Assembly (NCBI GenBank): GCA_003135135.1
Contig: PLDK01000025.1
Location: forward strand, 106,376-170,375
Direction of reading: 5' to 3'
Source: Deltaproteobacteria bacterium
GTDB taxonomy: Bacteria > Desulfobacterota > Binatia > Binatales > Binataceae
Length of the DNA stretch: 64,000 nucleotides
Positions 8,512-16,668 of this stretch are shown here, piece after piece. Each line of letters opens with the position of its first letter. The stretch's first letter is position 1. Made by a program: the position numbers and the translations under genes. The notes below the pieces were generated by a model. It saw nothing but the letters and a program-made list of their open reading frames with translations. It had not been told where the DNA came from and searched no databases.

Positions 8512-9807
8512 TCACCGGTTGGCTTTGTTCTCGATCGCCGCCGGCTCCCGATCGACAGCTTTGGCCTCGGGAGACCGGATGTCTTCGAGTGTAAGCGTCT
8601 TGAGCAGGTCGTTGCGCAGGGCGCTTATCTTCGCCAGCACGCGGTCGACGCGCGGATCGCCGTCGCTGGCGCCCTGATCGAACTCGACGGATTTGAGCGC
8701 GTCCGCCAGGACGATCGTCGAAGACTGGCGCGCCAGAAACAGCCCCCGGTTCAGCGGACCGGCGCTCGAATCAGCCTCGATTACAAAGCCGCCGGCCTTG
8801 AGTCCCTCTAGAATCGGGAGAATTGCGGCTTCCGCGACGAAGAGTTCGCGGGCGAGCGTCCACGACGTGACTTCGTCACCGCCGTGAAAGGCGCGATCCG
8901 CCAGCCGGATCAGGATGTGCATCGTCGCCGAATACAGAAAATCCGGCGACATTGGCCCCAGCATCGGCGGCACGTCACCGCGCTGTACCGCCGCGGTCAG
9001 TTCGGCGCCGAACAGAATCACCGACCACGCGATGTAGATCCAGACCAGGAAAATCGGCAGCGTCGCCATCGCGCCGTAGATTGCCCGATAGTTGGCGACA
9101 CCCACCTGGAAGCGCACGTATCCCCACTGCGCGAGCTGAAACAGCACCGCGGTCACAAACGAGCCGATCAGCGCAGGAACATATTTGACTTTGGTGTAGG
9201 GGAAAAAGACGAACAGGAAAAAGAATCCGGCCCACACGAACAAGTACGGCAGTAGTTGGGTGATAAATGGAAATTGGGAAATCCGCACCGAGAAAACCGC
9301 GGTCACGCCCAGCGCCGCCACGATCAGGAACGGCACCGTGAACAGCACGCTCAAGTAGTCGGAGAACTTGCGAAAATAGCTGCGGCTCTGCGGCACGCTG
9401 AAGATCGTGTTGAGCGCCTGCTCGACCGTGCCCATCGTGGAAATAACCGTGACGAGCAGGAACGCGCCGCCCGCCGAACCCAGTGCGGCCGCATTCACGT
9501 TCTCGACGTAGCCCATCAGCTGCGACGACGATGGGCCGAGTCCCAGGTATTGCTCGACCAGTGGACGCAATCGTTGCGCGCCGCCGAATCCTTTAACCGC
9601 GGAAAATGCCAGCGCAAGAATTGGTACGATCGACAGCGCGACCGTGAAAGTCAGCGCGGACGCGCGCAGCAGATCGTTGTTGCTGATGAATCCTTCGACC
9701 GTGTGGTTCAGGACGTGCCAGACGTGAAGCGCGGTTGTGTGCCGCGATGCCCTCGCTTTGAGGTCCAGCGTCTTGCTCTCGAGCCAGCCGGGTGTGCGTC
9801 GCGCCAC
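8512..9807 (-). CDS. YihY/BrkB family inner-membrane protein with C-terminal extension
   Basis: 431 aa. Multi-pass membrane core with the typical ASALTFTVALSIVPILA...ANYRAIYGAMATLPIFLVWIY signature. Confidence 0.8.
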   Translation of the reverse strand: MARRTPGWLESKTLDLKARASRHTTALHVWHVLNHTVEGFISNNDLLRASALTFTVALSIVPILALAFSAVKGFGGAQRLRPLVEQYLGLGPSSSQLMGYVENVNAAALGSAGGAFLLVTVISTMGTVEQALNTIFSVPQSRSYFRKFSDYLSVLFTVPFLIVAALGVTAVFSVRISQFPFITQLLPYLFVWAGFFFLFVFFPYTKVKYVPALIGSFVTAVLFQLAQWGYVRFQVGVANYRAIYGAMATLPIFLVWIYIAWSVILFGAELTAAVQRGDVPPMLGPMSPDFLYSATMHILIRLADRAFHGGDEVTSWTLARELFVAEAAILPILEGLKAGGFVIEADSSAGPLNRGLFLARQSSTIVLADALKSVEFDQGASDGDPRVDRVLAKISALRNDLLKTLTLEDIRSPEAKAVDREPAAIENKANR

Positions 9808-9945
9808 GTCAGATTACAGCTGCGATACTCATCCGCGATTCCCACCGCAGGATTGCGCCGCCGCCGATTTGCCCTTCACGAATCGATTGTCAGGGCATGT
9901 CTTGCGCGATGTCAAGCGTGCGGCCGCGCGGCGCGTTGCGCGCCC

Positions 9946-12426
9946 ATGCGCTTTGCGATTAGCTCATCGTTCATGGCTCGGCTGGCAGCGCACGGAAAAT
10001 ACCTCCTCGACGGCGCGCAGAAATTCTATCTTCGCGGCGTTTCGTACGGGCCGTTTGCTGCAAATTCCCGCGGCGAAAGGTATCCCGAGCCCGACCGCGC
10101 CGCCGCCGACTTCGCCCTGATGAGCCGGCTGGGCGCCAATCTGATTCGTCTCTATGTTCCACCGCCGCCGTGGATGGTCGAGGAGGCGCAGAAGGCTGGA
10201 CTGCGCATGATGCTCGGCGTCCCGTGGCCGTTTCACATGGCATTTTTGGATTCACGCGACATGATGCGCGACATCCGCGACGCGATCCGCAAGACGGTTC
10301 TCGAGACGCGCGAATTCGGCGAGACCATCGCAGCCTATAGCATCGGCAATGAGATTCGATCGGACATCGTGCGCTGGCACGGGCCGCGCGCCGTCAGCCG
10401 CTTCCTCGCCGAACTCCGCGACCTCGGAAAACAGATCGATCCGGGCGCGCTGTTCACCTATTCGAACTATCCGTCAGCCGAGTATCTTGATCTGAGTTTT
10501 CTCGATTTCATTTCGTTCAACGTGTATCTGCATCGCGAGGAAGACTTCCGCCGTTACCTGACTCATCTGATGGGACAAGCCGGCGAGCTGCCGCTGGTGC
10601 TCAGCGAAACCGGCATGGATACGGTCCGCGAGGGCGAGCAACATCAGGCCGAACTCCTCTCATGGCAGTGCCGTGCGGCATTCGAACTGGGATTGTCCGG
10701 CTTCATCGTGTTCGCATTCACCGACGAATGGCACACCGGCGGATCCGAGATCACCGACTGGGCATTTGGACTGACCCGCCGCGATCGCTCGCCCAAACTC
10801 GCCTTCGACGCGGTCGCCAAAGTTTTCGGCGACAATCTGCCGCCTCCGCTTGCGGCCGCTCCCAAAGCGACCGTAGTGGTAGCCGCCTACAACGCGGCAT
10901 CGACGCTTGGCGAATGCCTTTCCTCGATTCGCGAGCTCAACTATCCAGACTACGAAACAATCGTCATCGACGACGGATCGACCGATTCGACTTCTGAAAT
11001 CGCCAGCCGCGCCGGAGTCCGCGCGATTCGCATCGAGCACAATGGTCTGGCCGCCGCGCGCAACGCCGGCGTCGGTGCCGCATCCGGCGATATCGTCGCG
11101 TTCATCGACGCCGACGCGCGTGCCGATCGCGATTGGCTGTATCATCTGGTCGAGACGATCGAGCGCCGCGATGCGGCCGCGGCGGCCGGCCCGAATTTCG
11201 CCCCCGCTCCCGGATCTGCTCGCGCCGCCGCGATGGCTGCCGCGCCCGGACTGCCGCGCGAGGTGCGTGCCGGCGACGATCGCCTCGAGCAACTGTGCGG
11301 ATGCAACATGGCGATTACCAAAGCCGCGCTGCTGAAGGTCGGCGGCTTCGATCCGATGTTTGCCACCGCCGGCGACGACGTGGATCTTTCCTGGCGCCTT
11401 GCGGCGTCGGATGAAACGCTTGCGTACGCTCCTGGAGCGGTCGTGATTCACGAACGGCGTGCGACTCTCCCTGCCTACCTCCGCCAGCAGCGCGGCTACG
11501 GCGCCGGCGAGGGCTTGCTGCTGCGCAAATATCCGCTCCGGATCGCTAACCAAGACGGGATCTACGCGGGGCCGTCATGGATCGGCTCGATGTTCGGCGG
11601 CGCGCGCGTCTATTACGGCGCTTTCGGCCGCGGCCTCTTTCAGACCGTCTATTCGACTGGCAACTCGTACGCCGACCTGCCGCTAACCATTCAATGGGTC
11701 GGGTTGTCGCTGATTTTTCTGATCCTTGGCGGGGTCAATCGCTTGCTGGGCGTGCTCGGCGCTGGTGGAATTGCGCTCTCGATGCTGGCCGCTGCGGCGA
11801 GCGCGGCGTCTGCCCCCTTGACGCGCGCGCATCGCGGCCCGGCGGCGCGAATCTATCTCTGGATCGTCACTCTGCTCGGCCCTGCCGTTCGCAGTCTTGC
11901 GCGCGAGCGCGTCAAATGGCGATTCGAGCCCGCGACTGCCGGCGGAGATTACAACGGTCCGCTTAAATTAAACGGCCAGGTCGAGTTCCTCATGTCAGAC
12001 GGCGCCGTGCGAATCGATTCGGCGACGATACTTGCCGCCATCCGCGATGCATTGGTTCGCTGCGGCGTCGCAGTGGCCGAGACCGACGGCTTCCAGTCCT
12101 ACGATCTCGAGATCGTCGTTGCGCCGATGATTCGCGTGCCGATAAATGCGTTGCTCCAGAGCGACGGCAGCATCGCGCTGCTCTGGCGTCTTCGATCGGC
12201 GCCGCGCCGGGCGCTGATCGCCGCGGCAATCACGCTGCTCGTTTTGTTGGCCGCGGGATTCTCAGTGCGTGCGGGAATCGCCGGCGTAGTATGCGCCGCA
12301 ATCGCAGTCGGGCTGTTGGCGATCAATCGCGCGCGGCGTATTCCCGCGATCATCAAAGCTTGCGCCGCCGAAGTAGCTGGATCGCTTGGCATCTCAATGG
12401 CAAAGCGCTCGGAAGGCGACGTCTGA
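9946..12426 (+). CDS. Fusion protein: clan GH-A-type glycoside hydrolase domain + family 2 glycosyltransferase + C-terminal TM region
   Basis: The track ORF starts at 9256, but its first 230 codons shadow yihY on the other strand. A plausible start is ATG 9946 (or 9973). The N-terminal TIM-barrel-like region has IGNEI and LSETG. The GT2 block is VVVAAYNAASTLGECLSSIRELNYPDYETIVIDDGSTDST...FIDADA. Hydrophobic helices lie near the C-terminus. Confidence 0.75.
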   Translation: MRFAISSSFMARLAAHGKYLLDGAQKFYLRGVSYGPFAANSRGERYPEPDRAAADFALMSRLGANLIRLYVPPPPWMVEEAQKAGLRMMLGVPWPFHMAFLDSRDMMRDIRDAIRKTVLETREFGETIAAYSIGNEIRSDIVRWHGPRAVSRFLAELRDLGKQIDPGALFTYSNYPSAEYLDLSFLDFISFNVYLHREEDFRRYLTHLMGQAGELPLVLSETGMDTVREGEQHQAELLSWQCRAAFELGLSGFIVFAFTDEWHTGGSEITDWAFGLTRRDRSPKLAFDAVAKVFGDNLPPPLAAAPKATVVVAAYNAASTLGECLSSIRELNYPDYETIVIDDGSTDSTSEIASRAGVRAIRIEHNGLAAARNAGVGAASGDIVAFIDADARADRDWLYHLVETIERRDAAAAAGPNFAPAPGSARAAAMAAAPGLPREVRAGDDRLEQLCGCNMAITKAALLKVGGFDPMFATAGDDVDLSWRLAASDETLAYAPGAVVIHERRATLPAYLRQQRGYGAGEGLLLRKYPLRIANQDGIYAGPSWIGSMFGGARVYYGAFGRGLFQTVYSTGNSYADLPLTIQWVGLSLIFLILGGVNRLLGVLGAGGIALSMLAAAASAASAPLTRAHRGPAARIYLWIVTLLGPAVRSLARERVKWRFEPATAGGDYNGPLKLNGQVEFLMSDGAVRIDSATILAAIRDALVRCGVAVAETDGFQSYDLEIVVAPMIRVPINALLQSDGSIALLWRLRSAPRRALIAAAITLLVLLAAGFSVRAGIAGVVCAAIAVGLLAINRARRIPAIIKACAAEVAGSLGISMAKRSEGDV

Positions 12427-14204
12427 TGCGCACGCTGGAACTTTACGGCCACGTTATTCGCGGGATGCGTCCGCATCTGGGCCGTCTCGCGATCGCAATC
12501 GGCGGTGTGCTGCTTGCCTCGGCGACCGAGGTGCTCAAGCCGTGGCCGCTCAAGATCGTAATCGACAATGTGCTGCGTGGCGCGCCGATGGTGAGCAAAT
12601 GGATTCCACCGATGCCGCGTGGCGAGCTTCTGGCAGCCGCGTGCATCAGCCTCGTCTTCCTCTACGCGCTGCTCGGCCTGCTCAACGTCATGACGAATTA
12701 CGTCACCGTTTCGATCGGCCAGCGGATGGTCAACGAGTTGCGCGCGCGCCTGTTCGATCATTTGCAGCGCCTCTCGCTGTCATTTCATCGCCGCCGCGAA
12801 ATCGGCGACTTGATGGTGCGCATCACCTACGACACCTACTCGATTCAAACCATCGCCATGAATGGATTCTTCCCGGTGTTGTCGTCGCTGATTCTGCTGG
12901 GTGGGATGTTCGTTGTGATGATCAGGATGGACGCGACGCTGACGCTCGTGGCGCTCGCCATAGTACCGCTCCTGATTGCGCTGATCATGTCGATCAGCGG
13001 TCGAATCGACGCGATCGCCGGCGGCGCGCGAATCAAGGAGAGCCGTCTGTTCACCGTCGCGCACAGCGCGCTCGCCGCGATTCACGTCGTGCAGGCCTTC
13101 ACTCGAGAGGCCGAGTCGTACCGCGAGTTCGTCGAATCGAGCAGTGAAAGTCTGGATGCGACTTTGCGCTTGTACACTCTGCAAACGATTTACGCCGGCG
13201 CGGTCGGCGTGTTGATCGCGTGCGGCACGGCAGTCGTGATTTACCTCGGCGCGCAACACGTCCTTGATGGCCGGCTCACGATCGGCGACCTGATCGTTTT
13301 TACGACTTACCTCGCCTCGCTCTACGCGCCGGTGAACCAGATTTCTCAGACCTACGGACAGATCGAAGGCGCGAAGGCGGGCCTCAGGCGATGCCTCGAG
13401 TTGCTCGCAATAGATCCCGAAATCAAGGATCGTGCGGGCGCGCAGACGCTTGTCCGCCCCCGCGGCGAGATCGAATTCGACAATGTCGTGTTCGGCTACG
13501 AACCGGGCCGCACCGTGCTCAAGGGGATCAGCTTCAAGGCTGCGCCGGGCGAGACCGTCGCGATCGTCGGTCCGAGCGGCTCCGGAAAAACCACGATGGC
13601 CAGTCTGCTCGCGCGCTTTTACGAGCCCCAGCAGGGCGCGATCAAGATTGACGGCAACGATGCCCGCTACCTCACCCTCGATTCGATCCGCGGCAACATC
13701 GCGATGGTCCTGCAGCCGCCGCTCGTGCTCGGCGACACGATGCGCGTAAACGTCGCGTTCGGAAAGCCGGTGGCTGACGACGCGAAAGTGCTCCGCGCGA
13801 TCGAAATGGCGCGGCTCGGACCCGTGCTCGCCAGGTTGCCGGCCGGCCTCAACGAAGTGTTGGGCCAGGGCGGACACAGTCTTTCCGAGGGGGAGGCGCA
13901 GCGCGTCACGATCGCACGCGCGTTGCTGAAGGACGCGCCGATTCTGATCATGGACGAACCGACCAGCGCGCTGGATTCTGAAACCGAATCGATGGTGCTC
14001 GCCGCCGTGGGCGAGGCGATGCGCGGACGGACCACGCTGGTGATCGCGCACCGGCTCTCGACGGTTCAGAACGCCGATCGGATACTCGTGCTGCGCGACG
14101 GCGTAATCGCCGAGCAGGGAACCTTCAGCGAGTTACTGGCTCGAGGCGGCTTCTTCAGCTACCTCTACAGCATTCAGGCGTGGAGCCGCGACGCCGCCGG
14201 CTGA
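12426..14204 (+). CDS. ABC transporter, fused permease/ATPase (MsbA-like exporter)
   Basis: The start ATG overlaps the upstream stop (TGATG). It has a six-TM region, Walker A GPSGSGKTT, signature LSEGEAQR and Walker B ILIMDE. Confidence 0.85.
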   Translation: MRTLELYGHVIRGMRPHLGRLAIAIGGVLLASATEVLKPWPLKIVIDNVLRGAPMVSKWIPPMPRGELLAAACISLVFLYALLGLLNVMTNYVTVSIGQRMVNELRARLFDHLQRLSLSFHRRREIGDLMVRITYDTYSIQTIAMNGFFPVLSSLILLGGMFVVMIRMDATLTLVALAIVPLLIALIMSISGRIDAIAGGARIKESRLFTVAHSALAAIHVVQAFTREAESYREFVESSSESLDATLRLYTLQTIYAGAVGVLIACGTAVVIYLGAQHVLDGRLTIGDLIVFTTYLASLYAPVNQISQTYGQIEGAKAGLRRCLELLAIDPEIKDRAGAQTLVRPRGEIEFDNVVFGYEPGRTVLKGISFKAAPGETVAIVGPSGSGKTTMASLLARFYEPQQGAIKIDGNDARYLTLDSIRGNIAMVLQPPLVLGDTMRVNVAFGKPVADDAKVLRAIEMARLGPVLARLPAGLNEVLGQGGHSLSEGEAQRVTIARALLKDAPILIMDEPTSALDSETESMVLAAVGEAMRGRTTLVIAHRLSTVQNADRILVLRDGVIAEQGTFSELLARGGFFSYLYSIQAWSRDAAG

Positions 14205-14234
14205 AGCCGCCGCGCTCATTTGCCGGGAAGATAG

Positions 14235-14840
14235 ATGCTTACAATTGGTCTCACTGGTGGAATCGGTTCAGGCAAGAGCACCGTCGCGCAGATCCTTGGC
14301 GAATTCGGTGCGCCGATTCTCGACGCCGACAAAATCGCGCACGCCACTTACGCTCCCGGCGGTCCCGCCTACGACGCGGTCGTCGCGGCCTTCGGCGCGG
14401 GTATTGTTGCTCCCGATCGCACGATCGATCGCAAGCAGCTCGGTTCCATCGTGTTTGGAAATCCCGAGCAACTGGGCAGGCTCACGTCGATCGTATGGCC
14501 CGCCACGTTCGAGAGCATCCGCCGCAACGTCGCCGAATTGCGCGCGTGCGGTACCAGGATGCCGATCGTGGTCGAGGCTGCGATTCTCATCGAGGCAAAT
14601 TGGCAGCCGCTGTTCGACGAAATCTGGCTGGTGCGCGCCTCGCGCGAGCAAGTGGTCGCTCGAATCGAGCGCCAACGCGGGCTGAAACCGGCTGAAACCG
14701 AGGCGCGCATCCGCGCGCAGTTGCCCGACGAGCAACGCGCGAAGCATGCCAGCCTCGTGATCGAGAACAATGGATCGCTCGACGAGTTGCGCGACCTGCT
14801 GAAATCGGTTTGGTCCGATGCGCTCAAGCGAAACGGTTAG
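14235..14840 (+). CDS. coaE: Dephospho-CoA kinase
   Basis: 201 aa starting MLTIGLTGGIGSGKSTVAQIL, with CoaE-typical length and P-loop. Confidence 0.9.
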   Translation: MLTIGLTGGIGSGKSTVAQILGEFGAPILDADKIAHATYAPGGPAYDAVVAAFGAGIVAPDRTIDRKQLGSIVFGNPEQLGRLTSIVWPATFESIRRNVAELRACGTRMPIVVEAAILIEANWQPLFDEIWLVRASREQVVARIERQRGLKPAETEARIRAQLPDEQRAKHASLVIENNGSLDELRDLLKSVWSDALKRNG

Positions 14841-15613
14841 GCACGAAGCGCCGCCAGCACCACGAACGTAACGACTTCAACCAGCGCGCATCCCCCCGCC
14901 AGCATGTAACCCGAGGCCCCGCCCATGCGCCGGCTGAGCACCAGCCGCGCCGCAAGAATGGTCAGCGCCAGCGCGACGATCACCGCCAGCCCGACGTTTT
15001 GATACAACCCCATCGTGAGTCCCAGCGCGACCGCGCTGGAGACGGAAAACTCGCGAAACGAAATGCCGCCTTCGTACGGGATACCGAGGCCCCAATGCTC
15101 CAGCGGTTTGAGCCCGTAGCCGATCGGAATGATCGCCCATCGCGACAGCATCATCGCCATCACGATCGCCGCCGCCCGTCCCGCGTCGTCGGTGATTCGC
15201 GACAAGCACCAAATTTCGAATGCGAACGCTGCGATCGCGGCAATCGCGCCGACCGGTCCAATTCGCGCCAGTCCGGTCGAGGCTGGCCGGGTGCCGCGCC
15301 GAAGCACTTCCACCGTGTCCGCCACTCCGCGATTTGCCAGCCCCAGCGACAGCCCCGCTGCTATTATCAGCACGACGAATGAACGTCCGACCGGTCCGGA
15401 TACCAGGCCGGCGGTTCGATCGGCAATCGCGAGAACTGCGCCGAGGACGAATCCGACAATCGGGAAATAGACTGTCGCGCGCGAGCGCTGCGCGGCGGTG
15501 CCCTGCGATCTTTCGTCGAGGATTGGCCACAGTGTCAGCGTCGCGGATGCCAGCACGGCTTCGAACAGCAGTTCGCGCACACTTGGAAAACTCGTATCGC
15601 CCGCCGATTCCAT
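14837..15613 (-). CDS. CobS-like (adenosylcobinamide-GDP ribazoletransferase family) membrane protein, motif divergent
   Basis: 258 aa, polytopic. The YFPIVGFVLGAV and TLTLWP regions resemble CobS. The usual H-x-DG-x-AD motif reads NRGVAD here. Confidence 0.45.
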   Translation of the reverse strand: MESAGDTSFPSVRELLFEAVLASATLTLWPILDERSQGTAAQRSRATVYFPIVGFVLGAVLAIADRTAGLVSGPVGRSFVVLIIAAGLSLGLANRGVADTVEVLRRGTRPASTGLARIGPVGAIAAIAAFAFEIWCLSRITDDAGRAAAIVMAMMLSRWAIIPIGYGLKPLEHWGLGIPYEGGISFREFSVSSAVALGLTMGLYQNVGLAVIVALALTILAARLVLSRRMGGASGYMLAGGCALVEVVTFVVLAALRA

Positions 15614-15711
15614 CGCGACCCCGGTTCAATAGATGAAATTTGACTAATCACTCTCCCCGTAACCAGTTCTAACAGGGACGAAGTCCCGCGTCATTTCTTA
15701 TCTTGATACTG

Positions 15712-15850
15712 GATGCAGGGCTCAGCCCTGCCTATCGCGTAGTCGCGAAAAGATGCGCTGCGCAGATTTTCGCGTCTTCCTACTACCGGGTGCAGGGGTC
15801 ACCCCTGCCCAAGGAAGTGTGAAACCCACGGTGGGTTTCGCATACAATAA
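15712..15850 (-). repeat. Mosaic multi-hairpin intergenic repeat, copy A (modules M1-M2-M3-M4 on +, i.e. inverted relative to copies B/C)
   Basis: Contains tgcagggctcagccctgc, cgcgaaaagatgcgctgcgcagattttcgcg, tgcaggggtcacccctgc and gaaacccacggtgggtttc. The reverse complement aligns with 26936-27075 and 28226-28340. Confidence 0.85.
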
Positions 15851-15856
15851 AATGTA

Positions 15857-16582
15857 TTAGCGCTTCTCGAACTGTTTGTCGCCGAACAGTATCTCCCACG
15901 TTTTTTTGTCATGAGCTGGTTGATTCGCCTGCGTCGCCGCGCGCATCCTTTCCACAACCTCGCTCATCACGGCGAAGCCGCGCTGAGTCGCCGGCCGTGC
16001 GCGCAGCTCGTCGTACCATTTCTTCAGATTCGGAAAATCTTCGAGGTTCTGTCCCTGCATCGAATGCGGCACGAGCCACGGGTAGGTCGCGATATCGGCG
16101 ATCGAGTAATCACCCGCCAGGTACTTCGCTTCGCCCAGGCGCTTGTCGATCACTGCGTAGATGCGCTTCGCTTCGTTGGTGTAACGGTTGATCGCGTACT
16201 CGAGTTTCTCGGGCGCGTAGCGGCGGAAGTGATGCGCTTGGCCGAGCATCGGGCCGACGCTCGCCATCTGAAACATCAGCCACTGGATCACGTTGTACTT
16301 TCCGCGCGTGTCCGACGGCATCAGCTGGCCGGTCTTCTCGGCCAGGTACATCAGGATCGCGCCCGACTCGAAAATCGAAATCGGTTTTCCGCCGGGGCCG
16401 TCGGGATCGGTGATCGCGGGCATTTTGTTGTTCGGGCTGATTTTTAGGAACTCGGGCTTGAACTGATCGCCCGCGCCGATATTGACCGGGATCACATTGT
16501 ACTTGAGGCCGACTTCCTCGAGCATCCAGGTGATCTTGTAGCCGTTGGGCGTTGGCCAGAAATATACGTCGATCATCGGCAA
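15857..16582 (-). CDS. Glutathione S-transferase (Nu-class, YfcG/YghU-like)
   Basis: 241 aa starting MIDVYFWPTPNGYKITWMLEEVGLKYNVIPVNIGAGDQFKPEFLKISPNNKMPAI...ESGAILMYLAEK. Confidence 0.85.
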   Translation of the reverse strand: MPMIDVYFWPTPNGYKITWMLEEVGLKYNVIPVNIGAGDQFKPEFLKISPNNKMPAITDPDGPGGKPISIFESGAILMYLAEKTGQLMPSDTRGKYNVIQWLMFQMASVGPMLGQAHHFRRYAPEKLEYAINRYTNEAKRIYAVIDKRLGEAKYLAGDYSIADIATYPWLVPHSMQGQNLEDFPNLKKWYDELRARPATQRGFAVMSEVVERMRAATQANQPAHDKKTWEILFGDKQFEKR

Positions 16583-16668
16583 CTCCTTGTACGATTAATC
16601 GAAACGAAGCGTCCGTTTCATATTGCAACTTGGATCAGTCCCGCGCGTGACGCAAACGGAATACCTTG

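Noticed and set aside
9256-9945. N-terminal 230 codons of the 1056-aa track ORF
   Set aside because: This stretch is Arg/His/Gln-rich low-complexity sequence. It lies exactly antisense to the well-supported yihY gene, so it is a GC-rich shadow frame. The real protein most likely starts at 9946/9973.
12780-14051. 423-aa minus-strand ORF
   Set aside because: It is antisense to the ABC exporter, which has Walker A/B and the signature motif. Its composition is dominated by R/H/D/A, with no recognisable motifs.
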